Positions 51,380-64,000 of a DNA stretch of 64,000 bases are shown here, piece after piece. The DNA comes from Octopus vulgaris (Eukaryota). Positions within the stretch are counted from its first letter, which is position 1; every line of letters begins with the position of its first letter. The position numbers were made by a program, and so were the translations under genes. Below the pieces are notes generated by a model, which had not been told where the DNA came from, did no database searches, and saw only the letters and a list, made by a program, of their open reading frames with translations. The stretch covers positions 65,720,001 through 65,784,000 of the forward strand of contig OX597824.1 of assembly GCA_951406725.2 (NCBI GenBank). The letters are read 5' to 3'.

Positions 51380-51514
51380 TTTTTCTACTACTGATGCAAA
51401 CCCATTGGTTGGATGTTGTGTTCTCATATCATAAACGTGGAACTTTGATTCAAGAGTTGTGGCAACAAGTTTGTTCATGTTGATATCTTTTCTATCAAAC
51501 TCCAAAGAACAGAC
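51380..51514 (-). CDS. WDR92: WDR92 exon 6
   Basis: taacag|[45 protein letters not shown]|gtaaga. Confidence 0.96.
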
Positions 51515-52349
51515 CTGTTAAATAAGCACAAAAATAATAGATTTTAAAGTTTAGAAACCACTGCATGTCTCTGTTGATACCTTCATAGAATTACACTTCT
51601 TAGATGTTGACACCCTAATAGGAAGCCTTGCAAATTCTGTAGTAATAACATTAAATATGTGTTGATAATAGCTCAACATATTTTATTTTGAATAAACTGA
51701 ATCTGACATTTGCTAGTGTTTGAGGTGATACTAAATATAAAGCAATGTTTCTCAAATCTGAATTTTGTCAAATATCTTACCAAACACTCATTTTATAAGT
51801 GGGGAGATTAAATTTTTATCACTTGTGCTATTATATTTGGAGATAATCATGAGTGAGATGTTTTACATCACAGAAATAATGTAGTCTCTTCGAAATTATT
51901 GTTCCCACAATTTATTCATTTCTTAACTTAAGTTCCATTTCATAGTTTCTCTGAAGAAAAGTGTATATGGTACTAGACTACTAATTCAAAAACATTCTGT
52001 TCAATCCTGCCACAGCCATTGCACTGGGCATTTATACAGTACTTTTCAGTCTATTGAACTCAGTTCATATAGCTGTCAGGAGGAGGTGCCAAAACAGTAT
52101 CTCTTCTTGACAGCCTTATGAACTGAGTCCTATGTTATCTGCTGTATTGGTATATTATCACTGAGATACATAATACTATGAAATTAGACCTAAGCACTAA
52201 CCCATAAGATTTTCATAAAAAGCTACTGAAGACATTTTACATTTTTTAAACACATTCCGACTCTTCTTCCATTTCAATCAACTATGCCTTCCCTCATATT
52301 TCAAGAGTCAACAATGTTAATGTAAAAAAAATTAATACAACAGACTTAC

Positions 52350-52465
52350 TCCATTTTTAATGTTGGTTTCCCAACGCAAAGACATTGTTTTCAGGTCAAA
52401 TAATTTAATGTCGCCATTATCATAGCCAGAACATACACAGCGATCAGTCGCAGTAAAAGTATTAC
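52350..52465 (-). CDS. WDR92: WDR92 exon 5
   Basis: tgtag|(G)[38 protein letters not shown]|gtaagt. Confidence 0.96.
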
Positions 52466-52875
52466 CTACAATGGTAAACAGGGAAATACATTACAAGGAG
52501 AATTCCAAAATATTTTGAAGTACAGCAGTTCATTCCTACTCTAAAAGAATAATGAGCTCTACAGTAGACCAAAATGGATAGAAAGTGTGGAGGATGTTGA
52601 ATGGAGTCCTTGATATATCAATATGATAACTGCAATACATCAATAAATATGCCATACTAACACTATTCTACAATGTAAGACTTTCTAAACACCAAGCGAT
52701 GTGACAGGAATCCATGTCTTGTTGGGCTGAGTGAAGGATAAATAAGAAGGAAGCTTCATCTAATCCATATTGTAGAAGAGAGAGAAAGACAAAGATGTTA
52801 ATACAACAAAGAAGAAGGAAGCAACAACATAGACTATTGGTTCCTAACAACACAGAAGATCTAGAGTATACATAC

Positions 52876-52977
52876 CAAATGCTACAGCCCAACAATCTCT
52901 TTTAGCTTCCCCTTCTTTTGGCTCCATTATTGCCACAGGTTTATCTTTCTGTCTTGGATCCCAGACTTTCACCAAAC
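52876..52977 (-). CDS. WDR92: WDR92 exon 4
   Basis: ttgtag|(G)[33 protein letters not shown]|gtatgt. Confidence 0.96.
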
Positions 52978-53316
52978 CTACAAGAGATGGTTGTATTTGT
53001 AAAATTAACATTTTTATCACCATGTGTCACCATTTTATCTGAGTTTTGATGTTAGCATTATTTGGGCATTATGAAAGCTGACAGTAATATAGAATTAATA
53101 GTGAAAGAGTTAAATCATTGAATAAAAAAATTTACAGTTAAACAGCTTGATGAAAAAGTAACCATTATACAACTGTTAATGTATCTGAATTTTAAAAGGG
53201 CTAAATAATTAACACTTTTTATAGCTATGTTAGTGACATAAGTTGTAATTATTGATTTCAAATTTTGGCACAAGGTCAGTAAGTTCAGGGGAGGGGTTAA
53301 GTCAATTATATCAAAA

Positions 53317-53554
53317 GGCGGCGAGCTGGCAGAACCGTTAGCATGCCGGGCGAAATGCGTAGCCGTATTTCGTCTGCCATTACGTTCTGAGTTCAAATTC
53401 CGTCGAGGTCGACTTTGCCTTTCATCCTTTCGGAGTCGATAAATTAAGTACCAGTTACGCACTGGGGTCGATGTAATCAATTTAATCCGTTTGTCTGTCC
53501 TTGTTCATCCCCTCTGTGTTTAGCCCCTTGTGGGTAGTAAAGAAAAAAAAAAAA
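53317..53554 (+). mobile_element. Young CpG-rich tRNA-derived SINE with poly(A), nested in an older antisense copy (53251-53714)
   Basis: ggcggcgagctggcagaa...gagttcaaattc...poly(A). ATATCAA duplicated at 53308-53314 and 53555-53561. Confidence 0.88.
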
Positions 53555-53990
53555 ATATCAACCCCAGTGCTCAACCGGTACTTCTTTTATCAACCCTGAA
53601 AAGATGAAAGTCAAAAGAAACCTCAGTAGAATTTTAACTCAAAGCATAAAGATGGACAAAATGCTGCTAAGCATTTTGCCTGGCTTGATAACAATTCTGC
53701 CAGCTTGCCACCTTAAAACAAGTGGTAATTATTACAAAGTGTTATTATAGTAGCCCTTAGAATAGCTATATATAAATATATAACTGCATATATAATAACC
53801 ATCTGAATAGTTATATATAGTTATATATATGGCTACTGCTGTTAATTGCTGTGGTCAAGTAAGAGATAACTAACACAGGATGAATAGCTTTAAAATTTTT
53901 ATATGATTGGAGCTATTAAATAGTACTGCCAGCAGCTGTAATTTGAGATAGAATTAAAGAAAACAATATGAAAGATGATGTAGATGTTAC

Positions 53991-54121
53991 CATCTCTACT
54001 GCCAGTTACAATTTCTGGTGCACCTTCTCCTATTCCTAAACCTCCAACACCATCAATACTGTTGATAATTTGGGTATGGCCATTTACAGAGTAGACAGGA
54101 GTATCAGAATGTTCAAGGTCC
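53991..54121 (-). CDS. WDR92: WDR92 exon 3
   Basis: tttcag|(W)[43 protein letters not shown]|gtaaca. Confidence 0.96.
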
Positions 54122-54427
54122 CTGAAATATGGAATACATTATATAAACTGGTGCAATTTAATTTCATTGTTCATTCACAATTTTTTGTATTTATTTTATT
54201 ACATACACACAAACACTAATTCTTTCTTTTCCCTTCACTCCCTTCACCTTCTCTCTCTCTCTCTGAACATGTTAATAATAATTGTTTCTAGTTCTGTTTG
54301 TTAATCCTTAGGAGACGACAGGACTGATCTATCAGCCAGAGAGTTAAATGATGAAGATCGTATTAGTTCATTCAATTTCCTACAAGAATATATATAGTTT
54401 TACATATGTTAAGTAATAACTTTATTT

Positions 54428-54462
<35 letters not shown>

Positions 54463-56088
54463 TGGAAAAATAAGTGCATGCCCTCCGTGGGGCTCAAGAA
54501 AAGGGCTCTATCTTCTTCGCACCGAAACTCCAAATGAGACTGTCTCCAAAGGGTTAATATCCACATGATTTTCTGCAGTTTATAGATATTATATCTAATG
54601 TCCTCTACATATAACATCTATATTGTAAAACCATATTTTGATAACAACTTGCGCTAGTTCTATGATACAAACTTCCTGTTTTAAAGTAATCTAAATTAAT
54701 ACTTTCCATTAAAATCCTAAGTTAACTTATGTTCCAAACACCAGCTTAATAATGGCAAAGTTATTTTACTAAACTCTTTGTTATTTCCAAAATAAATTGA
54801 AACAAAAGCTGTGTATTTCAAAAGAAATATTGTATGAAAAGGGTTACGCTTATAGACACTTTTCTAAATGTCCATTAAATATATGATATCTATATGTATT
54901 ATAAAACAAGTTTACCTTTAAGATTTGCATACCTTATTTCAGTACCTATGCTATGCTACTGATAATACATGCCACAACATTTTAATCCTTAGTATAATCA
55001 ATTGGAGACAATCACAGAATAGATACAAGTAATGGACTGAGAGAAAACACAAGTGAAATGAGGGATTTCTGAGGGATACAATTTGAAGAAACAGAATTTG
55101 GCAAAATGTTTATTATGGTGATAATGGTGTTAAAGGTCTAGCAAGTGAAATACAATGGGAAAAGAAGAAAGAGAAGAGGAGAGAAAGAAATAAGTGTATG
55201 AGAAATGTTTATATGGAACTGTTACAGAGAAGAAAATTCAGAACAGAGGTCATACACAGCTTGCTAACGGCGGATATTTGTTTATTGCTAATCAACGAGA
55301 AAGGGTTTTAATCAGCTGCAATGTAGAATATAAAAGGATAGCTGAGTAGATTATACTTTAAGTTACCTAGTCATCGTTTTTGGTTGTAAATACTTTGCAT
55401 GCACTTGTGCATCTAGGTGAAACACTCAACTGTGCATAGCTCAGCTCACCTAGTTGTTAAGAATAAGTATCAAGAAGAAGATCAAACTCTTATCCATTAA
55501 ACACCATGAAACTAGAAAAAAGAACATATCTTAATAAACTCCTTAAAATTTTTTGAAGACGTTTATATCATTTGTTGTTTAGCACCCTGGGTTGTTAAAC
55601 CATTGTTGAGTAAACCTTTGATTGAAAACATTCCAACCATGACTATCCTGTCAATATTTTTTTCCAGACATTATGTATCCTGGACTTCATTTTCTATTAT
55701 CCCAACTATGTGCATCTTCTTATGTCGCTAGTATGAGTTGAGGTACATATCATTTCTAGGTACCTTCACATTCTAGAATGTGAATATCTGTAAAGCAAAT
55801 AACATTCTTAGATATGAATAATAACCCTAGTACAAAAATATTTCAGTTTTGTAAAGGAGTTAGCCGTTGTTCAGAACTGAAACAAGTTTTGGCTCAGAAG
55901 AAAAAGTCTGTATTTGTGAACATCACAAATATCAGGCCTATTCCTTAGAGCCAAAACATTCTTGCTAAGCAAATTCATTTCAAAACAAACAAAAGCATTT
56001 AATTTTTTTTTATTTCACACTTATTAAAAGAAAGTCAGTAAATAGTAAGGTAAACTCTTTTTACCAACAAATTATATATCCAACTCAC

Positions 56089-56189
56089 CAAATTTCCATT
56101 TTGCCATGAAAGTTACCAGTTGCCAGATGTCTTTCTTGTATGTCAGAAGCAGCAAATGTACAACACCGAAATGACTTCGGTTTTTCAGT
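56089..56189 (-). CDS. WDR92: WDR92 exon 2
   Basis: gtttttag|TEKPKSFRCCTFAASDIQERHLATGNFHGKMEI(W)|gtgagt. Confidence 0.94.
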
Positions 56190-58291
56190 CTAAAAACAGA
56201 AATTGATATTTTAATGGTAGATGGGAAGACTATGATAATACAATAAAGACACACTCTATTATGTAAATCAAGCATAAAATTTAAGATGTATGATTAATAA
56301 TTAAAAAAAGTTTAATGACAAGTTGAATATTTCCTGTAATTTTGAAATAGAATTTTAAAGTTTATCACATTTTGAGTGATAAACTTAATCTGCTGCACAC
56401 TGCTTGGCCTTTGGGTATCTTAATAAAGTTCATTCTGTGTTAAAGTAGGTCTCAAGTCTAAAAACTTAATAGAGTGATGTGCTGCACCCTGCTGAATCAT
56501 GGCTTCTATCTCCATTGCTTCCTTCAACCACAAAAGCTTTGACAAAACAAAGAAAGAAACAAAAATTAATTCAGGTTTGTTCATTGACCAAACACTCAAG
56601 AGTTTTAGTCTATTATACTTCCATTCACAACTGGCATGCATCATAGAAATATAAATCAATTCCGAACTTGACATGAAGGAATAGTTGAGCTCATCTGAAT
56701 TTGAATTCAAAAGGTAAAGGGCCATAACTACACTAAAGCAGTCATTATATCATTATATAGAATATAAATCAAATACTTTATTTAAGCAACATAGGAGAGA
56801 CGAAGGACAAATTTAACTACATCAAGATTTTCAAAAGATAAAGTACTGTAACTATACACTAAAGCAGTCATTAGAAGTGAAGGTCATTATATCATTGGAT
56901 AGAATGCCTTGTATTATTTATTGTGGCTCTCTACACTCTTGAGTTTAACTTAGCCTTCTTCATACTTTCAGGGTTGTCGAATTATGTACCAGCTCAATAC
57001 TATACCCGTGTCTTCTCTCTTGTTCTTTATGAAAGAAATCAGCTATGGTTGGCCTTGGTGACAGATGGGCTCAGTCAGTGCACCTTGATTCCAATAGCTG
57101 AGGGCATTTTATCTGAAGTTCAAATAATTTTTTGACAATCTACTGCTACTGATTTACACAAGGTATATCTTTAAAAGCTCCAAGAAGTTTAAACAGAAGT
57201 GTCAAGCAGAGCTGTGTTAATATTACAGGTCCTTGGATAATGCACTGGGACCCAACATACATAACCACAGTACACCTAAGTTAACAATGAGCTCCCTAGA
57301 TCCATGGGACTTCAGGGCAACTGCCCAGTGTACCTGTACCTTCAGGTGGCACTAGTATCCAGCTCAAGTTTGACACTGAGACTAGAGCAAATAATTTCCT
57401 CTTAATAATACCTTATCTCCATTGTTGAAATTTTTTTATAGAGGAAATAGGAGTGAAACATTAAGCTACTGTATTGTTTTAGAGCGATTCACTGAAGAAT
57501 GTAGTGTGACAGTTTAATACAGTGAATTGGGAAAAAGATTTTCTTTAATGTTCCGAAAGACATTAAGTAATTCTTTCTCTAGAAGAGGCATCAGTCTACT
57601 TCTGATTCGGTTATCGACTATCCTTTTTGGAAAGGACAGCCTACTCTTTCCTTCATATTGAACACGCATGAAAGTCAGCTACGAAAACATTGACAAAAAA
57701 TTATTTATAAATAGAGATGAATTTTTATTTAGTTGAAAGTTTTCTTTATATATTCAGTTTAAGGGATACCAATTAGATAATGCTAGCATAAGCTGATCCA
57801 ACTATATATTTTTTTTTGTGTAGCTGACACTATGAATTCAAGTTGTTATTTGTACGCCACTAATTTAAAAGCATTTTCAGTCGAATTAGTGTGAACACCA
57901 ATTAATGGGTCCATGAAATTCCGAGTATCACTAACGATGTTCGTAATTTCAAAAAATATTAAAACAATTCATTAAGTCGTACTTGTTTGGCAAGTGACAT
58001 AAAATACTAGTTTAATTATCAGCCTCATATAATGCGTAGAAGAGGCAGAATTTTGAGAGCGTTGGTTATTTAAGTTAACAGCTCCCAATTTTCTGAGTTC
58101 AAACATCGAAGACATATGTGGGGGGAAGGGGCTGATAAAAATATACATATTGTAGACTGTATTTATATAAAAGTGTGACCGCTTGTGTCCATCGTTAAGT
58201 GCATAGATTTCACAGGTTATCTGTTGCTTGTATGTGTACACACAAATTTTCACACGCACACACACACACTATACAAACAAACACAAGTTAC

Positions 58292-58465
58292 CTCGTGAAC
58301 AAGATTGAGTTCGCCATGAGATATTTCGTAGGTTTGAAGCATTCCCGTACCGCGTGCACGGTTGCCAAGAACAACAAATTTTGCCGAACAAGGAATCCAT
58401 TTGCAATCAAATATCGTATAATTGAGAGATTTCTGTACGTGGCAAATTATCTGAGGTTTATCCAT
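58292..58465 (-). CDS. WDR92: WDR92/DNAAF10 exon 1 (WD40 protein, R2TP-associated dynein assembly factor)
   Basis: [58 protein letters not shown]|gtaact. Confidence 0.96.
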
Positions 58466-58541
58466 TGCCAGTGGGAGAAAGTTATAGCAAACTTAGCGTT
58501 GTTTATTTCTTGAATATTCTCCAGTGTACAAGTTGCAGCTT

Positions 58542-58554
58542 GTTGCTAGATGAC
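58542..58554 (-). promoter_or_regulatory. Putative RFX X-box upstream of WDR92
   Basis: GTCATCTAGCAAC on the minus strand, about 80 bp upstream of the ATG, in a CpG-containing patch. Confidence 0.55.
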
Positions 58555-58776
58555 CGTGCAGTGCGACTAGGGACGCTTTATTAATTGAACAGATATTTGC
58601 TTTTTTTACTGAAGAGTTCCAATTCAGGCGTCTGCTCTTTGAATTTCTTATAACTGGACTTGTTTTTCTAATATTTTTGTGTTTCAGTTACTTTTGAAAA
58701 TCATCTAGGATATGAAAATATTTAGTAAGATGAATAATTTTGTCATTATTGGGTTGGCAGTTGAAAAATACTTTAA

Positions 58777-58995
58777 CCCTTTCATTACTGTATTTATTTT
58801 GAGATGCTCTGTGTTTCTTTCAATTACTTTAAATATAACAAAGAATTTAATAAAATAACTTAGTTATCATTAAGCTAGTGATAGGTACATAAATTGTGAC
58901 TAAGGTTTGGTGGAAGATTTTAATTCAAAACTTATGAAAACAAGACATTTGTACTCAGAGCTAGAGCTGGTTTCAGCCGGTTTGGAATGAAAGGG
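58777..58995. mobile_element. piggyBac-type MITE
   Basis: TTAA at 58773-58776 and 58996-58999. TIRs CCCTTTCATT / AATGAAAGGG. Confidence 0.85.
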
Positions 58996-61660
58996 TTAAC
59001 AAAAGTTTTTTTTTTTACATGAAATTACAGTGAGAGATTTTAATTTGCATTTGTAACAGTGTTGTATAATAGAATAATAGACAGTGTAAGGGACAAGGTT
59101 ATATATTTATTGCATATTTTGTAGAAAAGAAGTAGTTAATTAAATCGACTGCAGTACAAGGCAGGCAGTTATTTTAATAAACTTAAGAGAGAGAGGGAGA
59201 GGGAGTGATAGAAAGAAAGACAAACTTATTGTTTAGCCCCAGTCAGCTTGATCAAACAGACTTGACATGATCGTCCTATCTTTTTCCCATGAGTCAAGGC
59301 CATATAACCACATTATGTGATGTGTCCTGTTTAAGATGGTAGAGTATGATCTGAGAGAAATGTCATTACTATTTTAAGCAGATCTGTTGATCACAAGGAG
59401 GCTCCCTCAGTGGCGTGCTGTGACAAAAATTATCTGAGTAAGATCCTAAATTTGAATAATATTATATATCAGGGCAAGAATATTATCCTTATATCTTAGG
59501 TGAAACCCTTCCTCTCAGAGAGAGAGAGCGCAACAGACAGACAGGTCGTCAGGCAGACAGACAGGCAGATGAAGGTTTTGATTTGAAACTTCAGAATTTT
59601 CATTTCCCAACATATGAACCTATTCAGATTTAAAAACCGGGATTTATTTTATTGAAAGATAAGTGTCAAAGTTAACCTCTGCAAAATTTGAACTCTCACA
59701 TTAATTTATTAATAGAATTATGGTTCCTTTTTATGAGGTGTAGTAGAATGGGTGGAATATCGGTGTGCTGTACAAAGCTATTTAGTAATGCAGGTTGGAC
59801 ATTAAGTATCAATAATAACAATAACAAAGATATTGAAATATCACATCAGAAATATTTAATTACATTTGCTATTTCAGGTATAGCTTCTCTTTTTTAAAAA
59901 GCATTTAAGAACAAAGAAATACATCTAGTTTTATAATACACATAAATATTAATTATTCACATATTTGTTCAATATTAGTTAATCCTATTACAAACAACAG
60001 AACTAGTATATCACACCAACAGATGCATTTCTCTCTTGTTCCTTAACACTTTTGAAAAGGAGAATTTAACCCAAAATATCAAATATATAGTTAAATATTT
60101 CTGAGTTAACATTTCTATGTCTTTGTTATTGTTATTTTTTATACTGAATGTTCATCATGTATTGCTATAATCTTCTATAATACACTCATATTAAATTATT
60201 TAATACTAGTGCGACCTGTGAATATTTCACGAAATTAATGGTAAACCTATTGGGTTATTTCTAAAAATTTTATCAAATAAACTTGAAAGCGTAGCCTGTG
60301 TTGTGCCTGTATGGAAAGATAATCGCTAATCTGCTTCTCATTGCAAAGTAAGAGGAATTGGAATACAACGATTACTTAATGCACTTTATATAATTTATGC
60401 ACAATTTTATAGACTTAATAACACAGCACTCATAAAATAAATATTCACTCTTATTTTTCCAGTTTTCCCATAAACAAAAAAAAAATCCCATACATATGAT
60501 ACAACCTTTAGTTAAACTTCATATATCTGCCATGTAAATAAACATGAATATTTCATGGAATTGCACTTGTGCAAATGTGTTAAGTGATAGGTGATATAAA
60601 AAAATTTGGTTCAATTTTAAAAAATACACTTTTCACCATCCAATCACCAGCACCACCACCATCTCTACCATCATCATCATCATCTCTCTCTCTTTCTCCC
60701 CTCTCCTCCCTCTTTGCTTTTCTTTAACTTCACCATCAGAACATCACCTCTCTTCTAAGATTATATTTTTAACTCTCCTTTTACCTTCAACTGTTATATT
60801 TTTAACTCTTTTCCTCTACCTTCAACTAACTTTAACCACATAATAAATATTATGTTCCCCATATCTCATGTCATGAATGCTTCTCTCTCCCTCATTTTCT
60901 TTTGCCCTCTTTCAGTCTCACTCTTCACCTCATCCTCTTTTTCTCTCTCCTTTTCCTTTCTTCTCCCTTTCCCTTTAACTAATCATGTGAAAGCGTTACA
61001 ATTAAATTCCCTCTACCTCACATCATGGACACTTCTTCCTCTCTTTTTCTTTCTCCATCTCTTTCACTAATCATTTGAAAGCATTACCAATGGGCTAAGT
61101 AAGGCAATGACAGGCAGAATTATTATAAGATGACTTAATCCTATAACAAATCACACTGATCATCTAGGTTAGAATTTAAACCAGAATCCTGTTTTGTTAA
61201 TTAAATAATACTCTCCACACTGTTCTCAGATAGGATGCCAGTCTAGTACAATTAGCTTTTCCAGAAGTTCAGATAACTATTCTCAATAACAACATGAACT
61301 TAGATAAGTAAAATTTAGTGTCATGGTTTGATTTTTGAACAAATCCTTAGTGCATGTATATATATATATATATGTAACAAATAGGAAAAAATTTCCTATT
61401 TGTAATCACCCCACTTGTCGTATGGTTAACACCATATAGATTTCCGGTGCATCCTAGTTAAGGACCATATTCATGTGAATTCATTAGAATTCACTTGAAT
61501 CTCAATTACTTAACCGTATATATATGTATGTATATTTACATACATACATATATATATGTAATCAAAATAAGCAACAAGGATATCCATAGATAATGCAGTA
61601 CGATCGTTTCACGCAACTCCATTTAATTGAACAATGCAACTATTACATCAATCTAAATGC

Positions 61661-61944
61661 AGAGCAATTCTCAGCTGCACAAAGACATAGAATTTAATTA
61701 AATTAAAACAGATGGGCACATTAGTATAATTTTACTTAAAATCTCCAAGAAGTTAAAGAGAAAGACAAAGAACATGCTGCCTTCACTTCAGCTTAGAAGC
61801 TACCAAACTTCTAAGCTGAAGTGAAGGCAGCAAGTTCTTTGTCTTTCTCTTTAAATTCTTGGAGATTTTAAGTAAAATTATACTAATGTGCCCATCTGTT
61901 TTAATTGAATTAAATTCTGTCTTTGTGCAGCTGAGAATTGCTCT
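61661..61944. repeat. Near-perfect long hairpin (~138-bp arms, 8-nt loop)
   Basis: agagcaattctcagctgcacaaagac...gcttagaag-ctaccaaa-cttctaagc...gtctttgtgcagctgagaattgctct. Confidence 0.95.
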
Positions 61945-64000
61945 CAGATTGTCTCTCTCATAATGTTTATGTTTTCACACACACACACACATCACCACCA
62001 TCCTCATAATCATGAATGCGAATAAAATTATTCCCATTAAGAAAAGAAATGAAGAACAAATGACTCAAGTCAGATTTGAGCATAGACACGTAGAAATCCG
62101 AAAGCAGTCTAGCTTATTCTCCACTGTAAGCGAAAATAAGTGCTTGTTTTCGAGGTGGTAATGACAGTTCTGAAGAGAACAAGAGTGTAATCTTACTTAT
62201 TACGTTCGTAACTAAAATGTCATTGACCTTCAGAACAAAACGAAAGCAAGAAACATTTAGCAAAATTGAGCTAAAGGTTAATAAATCTATGTTACGTCTG
62301 TTCACATGACGCTAAAAATCCATCCAAAGTTACTAACTCAAGAGCTATAATACTACATTGAAATAGCTTTTAGTCATTACTATTTTTGTTTTGTTTTCAA
62401 ATTTAAATCGTATTGTTGCTGTTTTATTACAATCAACAAATACTGTAATATCTACAGAAAAGTTATAGATTTCTCATTGAGAGCTATAAAAAACCAAATG
62501 ATAACAGATGATTAAACGTCAATATTTTGGACCAAGATCTGCTGTTAAGATTTTTTTTGTAATGTGTTAATTTATTTCTCTTAGATTAGTTGTTTAATAC
62601 ATTACGTCACTTTTATTTTGCACCTAAAGTTGATTACAGGTGTTTCGAGCAAGATTACCTAAAGGAAATATTAAAAACTTAATTTATAGATCTCTGCTTA
62701 ACAAGAGAGTTAATTGTTGAGTTAAATTGAGCTCAGAAGCAAGAGGTAACAAGCGAGAAAGTATCGTCGAATATCCACTCCTGTGTTATTGAGAGTATTA
62801 CCTCCACGAGAATCGATTTTGCACAAGGTTTCATATTTGGGGAGTGGTGCATTGTCGATCGAATTCCCTTTATATATTATTGATATTTTTTGTACTATCG
62901 ATCAAAGATGGATGAAAAATAAAACCGACCGGTCCCGGCAACATGTGAACTCAGAATGTTTCCGAAACCCACCTGTGCTTTTAGACCAACGTTAAAGAAC
63001 AAACAAATTACCGACGGCATAGGTCGGCTAGATATGCGGGTCTTTTAAATATTTAGATACAATAAATAATACTACACCGGTTATTAACCGGATATGACAT
63101 CAGAATTCCTCGATTGTCATGAAATCGCTTCTGAAAGAAAGAATATAAGTGAGTAATACAAATATTTTTGTTTTGGTTTTTCTTTCTTGCCCCTGTTTCC
63201 TTATTTAATTATTTCATATACACTTTTATTCAGTTCAACTCCTCGAAATCACGACTTTGCTTTAAGAGTAAAACCATTTTTACATACGTTGACATTTAAA
63301 GCATTTTCTTGGTAAACAGTTTAAGCACACTCTTGTGTGTGTACACACACATATATATATACACACACACCCTTACATTTCCTTGTTTGTCAGCTTTCAA
63401 TAGGATATTTTTTGTTTATTCTGCGAACTTTAAAATGGTAATTATTAGAACCTAGAGCTGAACAAATAGAAAGGAACAGAACGAAACGTCATACAGTATT
63501 AAGGCTAGTTCCTGTACGATGTAGGGTCAAATCCCACAGGGTGGGGGTCGACTTGACTTTTCATTCCTTTAAAGATCGATACAAAAGCACCAGATATGTA
63601 TAATGATCGATCAATGGACTACTATTTTTCTACAAACTTGTGGCCTTATGCTAATATAATAAATCATTATTGTTATTTGTATTATTTAAGAAACAAAAAA
63701 CAGTTTTCTCCCTTGTTTATAATTGTATTTCGTTAATTTGATTACCAAAATACCATAAATATATTTTATAACTCTTTATTAGTTTGTAATAAAACTTGTC
63801 ATATCTGACAGTGTTTGGTCAAATTCATCTGTGACAAATGCTTAGTCATTTCTTACCAACCGAAAAAAATACCGCAGGATGAAGATAATATATGTTGTTG
63901 AAAATGGTTAGCTGATCTGAGAAAGATTTGGTTAGTATTTCTTGCCGGTCGACCAATCATATAGATGAGGGATGGTGAATCATTTTAATACCAGAAGCGA

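Noticed and set aside
58600-62000. PNO1 or another gene head-to-head with WDR92, as in vertebrates
   Set aside because: No recognisable coding exon was found upstream of WDR92 in this window.

Overview
AT-rich, intron-rich animal genomic DNA. The repeat landscape ((TA)n tracts, tRNA-derived SINEs, RTE/CR1 LINEs, mariners) resembles a coleoid cephalopod such as Octopus; this taxonomic call is inference. Four conserved spliced genes were reconstructed exon by exon with GT-AG boundaries and consistent phases. PIGH (+) shows its last 3 exons at 205-5262. ERH (-) has 4 exons at 29981-12097 (102 aa; the ATG-only exon 1 is a best candidate). MED6 (+) has 8 exons at 30442-44816 (234 aa). WDR92/DNAAF10 (-) has 8 exons at 58465-47895 (355 aa). 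ERH and MED6 are head-to-head, about 460 bp apart. Introns and intergenic DNA hold four decayed mariners, piggyBac-type TTAA elements, non-autonomous Helitrons, LINE remnants and many SINEs. The most unusual signal is five unrelated long fold-back (palindromic) elements, most of them next to (TA)n and carrying a short one-sided tail. Two carry hammerhead-ribozyme-like folds with a palindromic stem III, resembling Penelope-like pseudo-LTR or retrozyme derivatives. Most ORFs in the supplied track are spurious.
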